From the NCBI GenBank assembly GCA_043228905.1, contig JBHGNT010000001.1:2914001-2978000 (forward strand): a stretch of DNA of 64,000 nucleotides, given 5' to 3'. Source of the stretch: Azolla caroliniana. Taxonomy: Eukaryota; Plantae; Polypodiophyta. The position numbers and the translations under genes are program-made. The notes under the pieces were generated by a model. It had not been told where the DNA came from. It saw only the letters and a program-made list of their open reading frames with translations, and searched no databases. Shown here one piece after another: positions 47,874 to 59,099 of the stretch (positions are counted from its first letter, which is position 1; each line of letters opens with the position of its first letter).

Positions 47874-50649
47874 GAATCCCTTCACGATAGCTCTAGCAAC
47901 AATCCCATAGTTCTACAAGGAAGGGAACGAAAACAATGGGAGAAGTTATGTCTACACCTTAACCTGGGAGATCTGTGACACTTGGACAACTTCCAACGAA
48001 AAAGGGACTCACTCTTATTCTCCCGATTAGATGAGTGAAATAGTGGACCCACCCTATCTCGCATTGACCGCATTTATGTAGGCGATGCCCTAGAAGCGAA
48101 GGGAGGGTGGTGTCACATAACTCCAGGCACAACTTTCTCCGACCATTACCCGGTAATTGGTCACTTTCAATTACACTGAAAGTGGGGCCCATTTCAACAC
48201 ACTATCTACACAATCACTATCTACACAGTCACAGAGGTGAAGGAACAACTCGTCAACCAATGGTCATTACTTGTCAATGCCTCATTAGCATCTGACAAAA
48301 TTCTAGCTAAATTAACAAGAGCTTCAACTCTACTACACAAGATTGTCAAGACTAGAAGCAAGGATGCTCAAGAAAAGAGATAGAGGACAAAACGGGGACT
48401 AATATCCTTACAACGACTCCAATAGAGATATCCGACATGTAGTTGGATCGCGGGACAGGTTGTCGTGGCCAAACATGAACTCATCATGGCGGAAAAGGCA
48501 ATCTAAGACATGGAGTTTCATGGAAGCATGGCTCGATAGATTCGAGTAGGGTACAAATCCACGAACGAATTCTTCTGATCCAACGGACCGAGGCACGGTA
48601 GAACAATGATGCGTAGCCTCAACCGAGAGGATGGAACGACCACTGAGGATGGCGACGAAATGAGGAATATTGCCATAAGTTACTACAAGTGGCTACTTAC
48701 TGAAGATAATATGGCCACAGGGGAAGACACACGAGAAGATATTATCCTCCAGAGCATACCTGAGAAAGTCACGACGGAAATGAATACATGGCTCGTGCGT
48801 CCCTTATCAAACATCGAGATATGGGAGGCCCTCTCCGATTTGGATGCAAATAGTTGCCTCGGTATCGATGGCCTCACTCCTCACTTTTTCACGTGCCTTT
48901 GGGACACTATTAAAGAAGACCTCCTCCAGGCATATGAGGAGATCATCACCTTTGGAAACATGTCGGAGGAATTTGGACAAGGGATGATACATCTCATTCT
49001 AAAATGTGGTGGGAGTGCCAATGACATTTAGTAACTCTTCTCAATACCATCTATAAGTTGCTTGCAAAAACCGTGGCATGCCGCTTAGCACCACTTCCCC
49101 CTCAACTCATTCATCTGTCCTAGACAGCTTTTGTTAGAAATTGGAGCATCCTAGACAACCTTTTCTCGTTTTGGGAAGCAATAGCCCTTGCCAAGCGTAC
49201 CAACAACAAGGTATTTGTGGTGCTCCTAGATTTTGAGAAAGCATATGACAGGGTATGCTGGAACTTTCTAGAAAGTGTGATGGGGAAACTCGGCTTTCAA
49301 GAGTCATGGATCCAAGGCATTGCATGACTTTATAGGAATCCCAATAGTTGTGTTTCATTGGCAGGTGAAAGGGGCCCCTTCTTCTGAATATCGCGGTCTG
49401 TATGACAGGGATGCCCACTGGCTCCATCCTTATTTCTATTATACGATGAAACACCCGAGTCTAGTTTTCTCAACTTGTGGCAACTAAACCTACACGGTTT
49501 TAGGGTGCCACATTCTCATCAAAGCCTCCTGGATATAGAATTTGTAGATGACACCGTAGTCTACCTACAAGGGGACTAGGAAAATCTACAAAAGCTAGAA
49601 AGTGGTTTAGACGTATTTTGCAAGAGATCCAATGCCATGATCAATTGGCACAAATCATGTGCAATATGGCTTTCTCATGAAGCATATCCTGCGTGGCAAC
49701 CCCATCCCGTTTTCAAGTGGATCAATCAAGGAACGAGCACCAAATATTTGGGTTTCCAAATTGGGTTCAACAAACCTCCGGAGACTATGATTGCACCAGT
49801 TATTCACTCCATTCGACAAAAGTTGATACATTGGAGTTTGAAAAAACTCTCACTAGTGATCCCCTCTCACAATCAAAAGCCCTACTCGCCAAATTTGTGG
49901 TGCGAGGACTCCAACCAGGGAATGATTGCTGGAAAATGTTGTTGCGGTTACGTTTCACTTTAAACCGAAAAAAGGGACCAATTGGGACCCCCAAACTGGA
50001 TGGATTCTAAACATGGAGCTCAAACCTAGTTTCTCCTGTCAGTTGGAGGGTAGATTCAGTGCATCCATGTGGAAGGCGTGGTGTGACATTAGACGAGGGC
50101 TCAAGTGTGATTAACCTAACTCTGAACCTACTTGGCTCAGTCAATGTATCCTATGGAACTCATGTATCATAGATGAATCTAATCAACGAATTGGATCAAG
50201 TAAGGGTTGTCATGGGGATACATTGCTGAAGGTCCAGGAAAAAGTATAGAATGTTGAAGACGGTTTATGTCATTGCCAATACAAGAACAAGCTAACATAC
50301 TCCATGTAATCAAGGGCGGATGGGCCATGAGATCTGAAATCATTAACGCTCTACTGATTAGGGAACCTGCTAATCAAAGGATGACAATAGAGAAATGGAT
50401 AGGCTATGAGGAGGAGGGCTCTTTGATCCCCAGAGGTAGGGAAACACTAGACAGGATCGCAAGCTCTGAATTGCAAGACAATGAAACACCAACACAGAAT
50501 AAGGCAATTCGAGTACTAGCATATACTGGGCATAAATGGATTGTAGATCCTGATCCTATCAAAGTACAACCAGATTGGCACATATGTACTCATGAAAACA
50601 CATGGCGACATAAGGTTAATTGAGACCCTTTGCAATGGACATGCCATGA

Positions 50650-51075
50650 TCCTTACGCGGGGCGGGGCAAGGAAGCAAATATATATTCTGGCAAGGTTGT
50701 TGTAAACAAATGAAAATTCATAATAAAGGCCAACCATAATGAGGGTTGCCACACTCCGCCTATTATCTGACACATAGTAGACAACCTATGCATCATCAAC
50801 TGATTCCAAACACATTGAATTGGCAACATAGCTCTACACACAAATTTAGAAAGCAAAGCCTTACATTGTGATTCCTGATCCACCAAGCCTAACCCACCCT
50901 TTTGTTGTGGAGCAATCAATACTGCCCAAGCTACTTTAGGCCTTTATCTTGACTTGTTTTTCCTCCCCTAATGTAATTGCAAATGAGGCGTTGCACCTGC
51001 AAAATACATGACCTAGCAAACAACGTAGTAGAAGTAATATACCAAATAGTTGCTAGAAGAACTTGGTTAGGATAT
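50650..51075 (-). mobile_element. Fragment of a second LINE ORF2 (post-RT region), opposite orientation
   Basis: The minus strand encodes NQVLLATIWYI...QVQRLI.NY and KVAWA.LIAPQQKGGLGLVD.ESQCKALLSKFV. Confidence 0.75.
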
Positions 51076-51088
51076 TCCTCCACAACGT

Positions 51089-51213
51089 TGTCGCGTTGTT
51101 ACGCGCGTGCGTGGAGAAAGGCGGGACCACGGGGGTCTTGGACCAGGGAGTAACGGAGCGTAGGAAGCCGTTCTTCACCGTTTCCGGGGCATCCCAGAAG
51201 CACACCGGAAGCA

Positions 51214-51268
<55 letters not shown>

Positions 51269-51303
51269 TTAACACCGACTCACGCACACTCACTCAAAAC
51301 ACA

Positions 51304-51377
<74 letters not shown>

Positions 51378-54300
51378 CGAACCCGACTCACACCCTTAAG
51401 TACAGGAAGTGCAGGAAAGGGGGAAAGCACCCGACACCAACGAGACGCGAATATACACAGACAGACGCAAATGTATATATATATATACAGAAGAATACAT
51501 TCCCAGCGTCGAGCCGTTCCAAGGTAGGTTACAGTAGTCGTCAGCTGCCAAGCCGCCGTCGGGGAGCTCACGGGCTCGTCGCACCGAGCGGGGTCTTGCG
51601 CAGGAGATCAGCTGAAGCAAACCCTAAGCGAACATGAAGGAGAAGAAGAAGAAGAAGAAGAAGAAGAAGAAGAAGAAACTCTAAACCTAACGGTATACCC
51701 TCTAATGCAAAATGGGCAACCCTTTCACAAAGGGCGTTCCCTTCCTTTTATAGAACAAGGAAGGGGATGCGTTACAATGTGGGACAAATCCCGACTTACA
51801 TGGGATTGTCTGTCCCGACTTAACTACTCTTCGGCGCCATAAAGGCGCCCTCGATATACACACTAAATGTACATGGGTGCGTACACACGCTACACCCCGC
51901 CGAGGTAGCCAATGTTTCCCGGTTTCCGCTTCTGGCCGAAATTCTTCACGACATCTACCCCCACCTAACTGCACGTCCACCGGTACGTGCCAAATCTGGT
52001 TGAAGGGTGAGAGATTTCGGCCGGTGAGAAACCGGTCTCCCGTGATCCGCATCTCGGCTTGTTGCCGGTTTGATCCGTCGGCTTCGAGTCTTCCTTCGCG
52101 CTCGCCTCCCCGTAGGCTCGTTCGACCCGTCGATGGGTCCTCTGCCGCGATCTCTGTAGTACGCGTACTTCTGTTGGCCCTTGTTCGGCCGTATGAACGC
52201 CCCGCTTCCTGCCGTATGCCCGACGATCTCCCGCCGCCACCTTCCTTGTCCATGGTCTTACGTCGCCGCGCCGGCTCGAACCGCCATGGTCTCCGGAATA
52301 GTGTGGAGGATCCCTTTTCGGTCTTCTCCGCGCTCGCCTTCCCGCTCCGGCACCTCCGTGTGCCACATACCCTCGACCGTTGTTAGGCACTACCAGTGCC
52401 GTACCCTGGTTCATTGCACGCCTTGTCGGCCCCTTTCCCGGCCAGATCGTGCATCGCCGCTCACCTGCATACCGGTGTCCTTTGCATCCGAGGAACACCC
52501 CGTAGTAGCCTGCTTGGCCCTTCCCGTCTTCGTGCTGCCGCGATAGGTCCTGAGTCTTCCGCTTGCCGTCGTCCCCTCGCCCCCACCAGCTTGTCACCCC
52601 GGGCTTGCCGTGTCAGTCTTCGCTACTTCGACGGAGCTACCGAGACCTACGAAGCGAGTGTGGAGGATCCTCCTCCGGCCTCTCTTGCCATCCCCTGACT
52701 CCGACCTTGTGCAGTCCACTAGGCACTTGTCACCTCGTTCCCGGCACCTCCCTTGTGTCGTCTTCCGCTTCCTTCGTTCGGCCCCGCCCGCACCGAACAC
52801 TGTCCCGTAGTCACGCTTCGATCCGGCCCGCGATGGCCACTTGCGAGACTCTTGTTCGGTCCCAGGTGTGCCTTTCCGGCCTGACACACCTCCTCGTGTT
52901 TGCCCCTACCGTCTCCTTCCGAAACCTCGTGTCGTCAGGTCCCGTTCCCTGTCGCCACCGTCCTTCTCCCTCGGTCTTATGTTGCCACGTTGGCCGAACA
53001 GCCGGAGTCTCCGTATCGGTGTGAGGGTCCCATAGGACCGGACTCCATTTCTATGCTTGCCAAAACTCGGGTGTCTTTTGTTTGAGTCCCTCCCAGACTC
53101 TCCTTGTGTCTTCCGCGTAGTCGGGTCCCGTTTCCCGCCGCCACCAACCTTTCTCTCGGTCTCATGTTGCCACGTTGGCCGAACTGCCGGAGTCTTTGGT
53201 TAGTGTGGGGATCCCGTAGGACCGGACTTCCTTACGCCCATAGCCTTCGTCACCTCGCCGCCACCGTCAGTATCTTGGTCTTACGTCGACCGCGTTGCCG
53301 ACTGCCGAAGTCTCTAGAACCAGTGTGAAGGATCCTCCGTGGGCCTCCGATTTGTATTCCCGACCCTGTCCCGACCCTGTCCCGGGTCATCCTTTTCCGC
53401 ATGCCGAGAGGGCGTTTTGTTCCGCACCCTCTCCCGTGGTACCGACGTACCGTGTCCTCGGCCTCTTCGTAGGCCAACTCTCTTCCTCCCTCCCGGAATG
53501 GTCATCTGGGAGTCCGCTCCGCCCGGTTCTCGCTCGGGTCCGTTCGCCATTCTCCGGATTGCCGAGTCTCGTTCTCCTGTCGCCACTGATCTCTCTTATA
53601 GGACTCACGCCGGCACTCGGGCCGGCAGCCGGATCGGTGTAAGGAACTCCATAGGACCGGCTTTCATTCTCCTTCCAACTCTCGACCTTCGCCCAGTCGG
53701 TCTTTCTCCCCATGTAAAGAGGGCGGCTTGTCCCGCACCCCCTTCCGTATCGGCACTTTCATGCCGAATCTGGCCCCGATCGAACAATCCACGACCAGAT
53801 TACGCTCCACCCGTATCAGAATGCCGATCTCCTCGTGCCGCGTCCATCCTCGGCCTCCTCGCAGGCCGTTTCCCATCCGACTTCGCTGGCATCGTGCCAG
53901 GACTCCTCAGTACCGCCATCCATCTCCTCGGTCTTACATGGGCATACGGGCCCGAATGCCGAGTTCTCCGGAATCGGGTCCGTGGGCTTTCGTCCGTTAC
54001 TTCCCCCTATCGTCTCGCCGGTGATTCTTGGCCTTTCGCCGCCGCCTTCCTCCGCTTGGGACTCACGTGGGCACTCGGGCCCAACTACCATCGTCTCGGG
54101 AGCAAGTGTGGGAAGACACAAAGAATCGCCCGTCCGTTTTACGCCCTTGTCCCTAGCCACTGACTCTTCGTGGTCGGCGGTCGTCTTCTTACCGATCACG
54201 CAAGCCCCGTCTAGGCTTGCTTCTCCAATGATCAGGATCTCGGGCTGACACGCCCGAAACCGATGGTCCCAATGTTCCGGTTCCGCGATTTGTATCTCGG

Positions 54301-55360
54301 CCTCGTCCTTGGCCGTTCTACCTCCGCAAGTCGAGAGGGCGTTTCGTTCCGCACCCTCTCCCGTGGTACCGACGTACCGATCTTCCGCCGTCGCGTGGGG
54401 CAAGTCCGTCTTCTCAGTCTCGGCTTGCGGCCCCCGTCTTTCCTCTTCCTCGAGCATCGCCTCGAGAGCTGCGTACGCCTCCGCAATCCTGGCCCCAACG
54501 CCGACCCTTGCCGACTCTCTTTGCCGTTCGGCCTCTTCCCGCTGTGATGGCACGCCGTCGCGTACCTTCCTCTTAGCCTTCTCGGCTCGCTCGTTGTCTA
54601 GCCGTTGGCACACCCTTCCGACGTTCGACCAGTCCTCCGTAAGCCCATTCGCTCCATCATCGTCTTCGAGCTCAATCCCGATGGCCTCCCATTCCGCTCG
54701 GTCGATCGACCTGACGAACAATAGGACCTTGTCCGACCCCACCAAACCTTGTTCCCGCTCTGGGAGCCGAGCAAGCCATCGCTTGAACTCTCGGAACGCC
54801 TTCGTCGCGCCCCGGTGGGTCTTTGCCGATGCTACCCACTGGTCGAAGTCGTGCTGTCCCCGGCTCTTCCGCCGTCCTCCGTATGCCTTTAGGAGCGCCT
54901 CTTCGAAGGACTCCCACGAACTATGAGCCTCACGGAGCTCCTTTACTTCTACATGCATCCGGACAGCTACGACCCGACAGAAGAACTCCAACCTCAACGC
55001 CTCGTCTACGCCACGCCCCTCCATTTCCGCGTTGTAGGCTTCCAAGTAAGATGGGACTCTGTCCCCGTTGAAACGGCCGACTCTTTCGACCACTCGCTCA
55101 ACCGCCTGTTGTGGTGCTTCTCGCCTCATCACCACTCGTGCCGACTCCAACACCACTTCGGCTACCATCTCCGCAAGGTCGTCGTCTTCCGACTCCATCC
55201 TCCCTTGCCACCTTTCACGTCGGGTTCACCAAACATGTCGCGTTGTTACGCGTGTGCGTGGAGAAAGGCGGGACCACGGGGGTCTTGGACCAGGGAGTAA
55301 CGGAGCGTAGGAAGCCGTTCTTCACCATTTCCGGGGCATCCCAGAAGCACACCGGAAGCA

Positions 55361-55415
<55 letters not shown>

Positions 55416-55451
55416 TTAACACCGACTCACGCACACTCACTCAAACACACA

Positions 55452-55503
<52 letters not shown>

Positions 55504-55512
55504 CGAACCCGA

Positions 55513-55582
<70 letters not shown>

Positions 55583-56414
55583 CGAACCCGACTCACAGGC
55601 TTAAGTACAGGAAGTGCAGGAAAGGGGGAAAGCACCCGACACCAACGAGACGCGAATATACACAGACAGACGCAAATGTATATATATATATACAGAAGAA
55701 TACATTCCCAGCGTCGAGCCGTTCCAAGGCTGGTTACAGTAGTCGTCAGCTGCCAAGCCGCCGTCGGGGAGCTCACGGGCTCGTCGCGCCGAGCGGGGTC
55801 TTGCGCAGGAGATCAGCTGAAGCAAACCCTAAGCGAACACGAAGGAGAAGAAGAAGAAGAAGAAGAAGAAACTCTAAACCTAACGGTATACCCTCTAATG
55901 CAAAATGGGCAACCCTTTCACAAAGGGCGTTCCCTTCCTTTTATAGAACAAGGAAGGGGATGCATTACAATGTGGGACAAATCCCGACTTACATGGGATT
56001 GTCTGTCCCGACTTAACTACTCTTCGGCGCCATAAAGGCGCCCTCGATATACACACTAAATGTACATGGGTGCGTACACACGCTGCACCCCGCCGAGGTA
56101 GCCAATGTTTCCCGGTTTCCGCCTCTGGCCGAAATTCTTCATGACAATGCGATACCCAATCAATCCCTTTTCCTCTCCTTTTATAGCCCAAGGAGAGAGA
56201 GATGTTACAGCCTGTTACATCACTTTTATTCTCTGTCCTTCCGGATAGAGATACCCCTCAATTCCTTAGCTAATGAACATGCGCTACCTAGGATATTGAC
56301 ATCACCGACTTGTACCTAACTATGTACAATACATCAAAACATGTGCCCGTGTGTAAGGGCCGGTTCATGCTCTCTATTCGCCGATTCCTCCTTGGGACGG
56401 TTTTCTCCACGACA
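51089..56414 (-). mobile_element. Non-autonomous gag-only (TR-GAG-like) LTR element with a tRNA-Trp PBS, plus an extra related LTR end
   Basis: LTRs at 51089-51953 and 55236-56146 contain (GA)n, (CA)n and (GAA)n. The minus-strand PBS TGGTGAACCCGACGTGAA lies at ~55214-55231 and the PPT GGTGGGGGTAGA at 51954-51965. Segment 56147-56414 resembles the LTR end at 41090-41336. The outer flanks are ACGT and ACGA. Confidence 0.9.
53816..55198 (-). CDS. Gag-like protein of the Trp-primed element (460 aa)
   Basis: The ORF starts ~15 nt after the PBS. Its segment VGRFNGDRVPSYLEAYNAEM...KVLLFVRSID....IG..LE.D.GLT.DW..V.RVC is homologous to the gag at 40647 (IGQFSGKNATSYLEAYRAEM...RVLLFVKSVD). No pol motifs follow. 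Confidence 0.8.
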   Translation of the reverse strand: MESEDDDLAEMVAEVVLESARVVMRREAPQQAVERVVERVGRFNGDRVPSYLEAYNAEMEGRGVDEALRLEFFCRVVAVRMHVEVKELREAHSSWESFEEALLKAYGGRRKSRGQHDFDQWVASAKTHRGATKAFREFKRWLARLPEREQGLVGSDKVLLFVRSIDRAEWEAIGIELEDDDGANGLTEDWSNVGRVCQRLDNERAEKAKRKVRDGVPSQREEAERQRESARVGVGARIAEAYAALEAMLEEEERRGPQAETEKTDLPHATAEDRYVGTTGEGAERNALSTCGGRTAKDEAEIQIAEPEHWDHRFRACQPEILIIGEASLDGACVIGKKTTADHEESVARDKGVKRTGDSLCLPTLAPETMVVGPECPRESQAEEGGGERPRITGETIGGSNGRKPTDPIPENSAFGPVCPCKTEEMDGGTEESWHDASEVGWETACEEAEDGRGTRRSAF

Positions 56415-56774
56415 ACGATGTAGACGAGTCGAGTCTTCTCCAACCAAATCGTGCAACCAATAGTGTTAATGCAAGAGATATGGAGTTAAGTTGTAGCCAC
56501 GCTAAAAAGCCAATATGATGGCCTCAAGAGCGACTCTGATGGAGTTGAAAGACAACGACTAGTCTTCATCCAGCAATGGTCGACCTCCCCCTTTATTGAG
56601 TCGGTGGGCATCCACATAAGATGGACCTATCGCGTCCCTACAGGGATTTGTATATATTAATATCATATGTAAAATTTTATAACCATAGATTGACCCATGC
56701 GTAATATATGTGGTATTCGACATCCGCAATATTCGAGAATATAAATCGACCCCAAGAATATTATAAAACCATTC

Positions 56775-57230
56775 GTTTACATATACATGTACACACATAA
56801 ATATACGATATATACATATACATTCATTGATACATACATACATATATGATATATGATATATACATATACATATACACACATACATTTATGATATATACAT
56901 ATACATACATACATATATGATATATACATATACGCACATACATATACACACATACATTTATGATATATACATATACATACATACATATATGATATATACA
57001 TATACGCACATACATATATGCGTATACACACACATATATCACTCATATATGTATATACACACATACATCAATAATTAATTAACTCACTAATATAATAATT
57101 AATTAATTCACTTAAACATTAATTGATTCACTATACATTAATTAATTTACAAATACATAGCTTAATTCATCAAAAAATCAATTAATTAATTGAAAAATAT
57201 TAGTTAATTAATTAATAATTAATTAATTAG
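56775..57230. repeat. Low-complexity (TACA/TATA)n array with ~58-bp higher-order units, followed by TTAA-rich repeats
   Basis: CATATACACACATACATTTATGATATATACATATACATACATACATATATGATATATACATATACGCACATA is repeated, followed by AATTAATT runs. Confidence 0.85.
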
Positions 57231-57999
57231 GGCTTCTCCTAAACTTGGCTAAACTTAGGGTCTCAATGAAAGTCTGAGTTTGCAGTAGAGAACAAGATGT
57301 AGGATTAGAATAGAGCATGAGAGGGAGTCAAGGACGCGAGCTAAAAAGAAAGAAAACTCTTGAAACTAGAATTATGATAGAAATTAGGGTTTTCAGCCGA
57401 AACCCTAATTTCTTGGCCGAGAACAAGATGCAAAGGGAAGCGAGGGCAACACGCAGAGGGAGTAGGGTGAGGCTTCCTCGCTTGCTGCTCACTGTGAAAA
57501 ATAGTTTTTTTATTTTTGATAAACTTAAAAAAGAAGAAGAAAATGAATACATTTACATGCATTCGTATTCCTATTTGTATGAATTCGTGGGGTAGGCCCC
57601 ACGAATGTGAATATGTCAATCTATGTTTACGACTAATGGAAGGAGTTGTTTTTTGGAAAAAAAAAAGACTTCTCTTCATAGCAGAACATATTGCAAGGAT
57701 AATTGCTCATTGATCATGGGCACATTCAATTCTAAACACCATTAATGATGGAATACTTCGAAAGAAATAGGCACCTTCTAATCGTATAGGTCCTTGATGA
57801 TATGTTTGTATGTTAGACTAGAGGTAGGTTTAAAAATCCCCTAGCATATGATATTTTCTATTATTGATTTCTTAAGCCAAACTTTGATCTATGCTTCCTA
57901 ATATGCATTAGCAATGATATATGTTAATTGTGGCATATCTTCATCTTTTCTTTCTCCGTTTCTTTTTATAAGTCGACACTTTTTTTTATTATCCAAAAA

Positions 58000-58700
58000 A
58001 GATACTACATTAGTATTAGAAAATGCCATAACGCTATATATACAAGGTAACCACATATCCCCTTTATTTTTCTAAATTCTAACCATCGGCTTAAATAAAT
58101 ACTTCGGTGCTAAGTAAAACCACTCCAGCTTATCAGAAAGTCGTCTATAAAATATACCTATGTCCTAGATGGCATGAAACTCCAGATGCTTAAGCTCCGC
58201 TTGATGCATGCAACATATTACCTTTTATACTATCCAACAAACCTCTAAGATTATGCACAATTTGTGTCCGAATTCCTGAAATTATTTGGGGAGGTCTTTC
58301 AGTCACATTTTGAAATACCTTCAAACATCGAGCCTTGCAAATATACCAAATTGTAATACTACTTACCAATTGCCATATTTGAAGTTTGGATGGCATGAAA
58401 CTCCAAATGCATAAGTTCCGCTTGATGTGTATTATATTTTATACTATCCAACAAACCTATGAGATTATGCACAATCTCTGTCCAAATTCCCGAAATGATT
58501 TGGGTAGGTCTTTCAGTCACATTTTGAAATACCTTCAAACATGGAGCCTTCCAAATATACCAAATTGTAATACTACTTACCAATTGTCATATTTGAGGTT
58601 TTTCATAGGTCGAGGAATTGATTTGCTATCATCAAATTTAGATGTTTGCAAACTTTCAAGTCGAACCATGAGATTTTCATGTATATCTGAATAACAAAAC
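58000..58700 (-). mobile_element. LINE ORF2 3'-end remnant with an internal ~220-bp tandem duplication
   Basis: Two copies of QLVSSITIWYI(W/C)KA.CLKVFQNVTERP.QIISGI.T.IVHNL. GATGGCATGAAACTCC occurs at ~58168 and ~58389. Confidence 0.7.
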
Positions 58701-59099
58701 GATATAACCCTCATATTGCCAATGTGAAGATGTTAGGAAGTTCAAAATCTGTATCTTTGAGTAAACCATTGTTGTTAATGTATGCAATGACTTGTATTTG
58801 GAGGCGTACTTCGCATAAAATTCACTCCAAGTTGCTTGAAATTTATGTCAAGTAGAGTTATAAAATGCTTTTACTCCTATTGTTCAAGAACTTGTCCCCT
58901 TTTGTTTGCATGTTCCATAACATTCTTGTTGTTATATGCAAAGGATGCGATAGTTCCATCTTATGTGGATGCCCACTGACTCAAGAAAGGGAGAGGACGT
59001 CCATTGTTGGATGAAGGCTAGTCATTGTCTTTCAACTCCATTGGAGCTGCCCTTGAGGCCATCGTATTGGCTCTTTGAAAACCTTGGTTTTAGGAAATA

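Larger units (their letters stand above)
38090..50640 (+). mobile_element. Decayed near-full-length L1-type LINE, interrupted by two LTR-element insertions
   Basis: An ORF1 remnant has the zinc knuckle CFACKKFGHLEKNC (~38990-39030). The ORF2 endonuclease reads MSMIIVTWNVQGL (41895), NVYAPN and GGDFN (~42350), and resumes after 47878 with SRIDR. RT remnants include G.DGL...FF...WDTIK, LDFEKAYDRV.W.FL, QGCPLAP, FVDD and KYLG. There are many stops and frameshifts, and the boundaries are approximate. Confidence 0.88.

Noticed and set aside
56559-57064. ORFs rich in Y, I, C, M and V
   Set aside because: They are translations of the (TACA/TATA)n low-complexity array.
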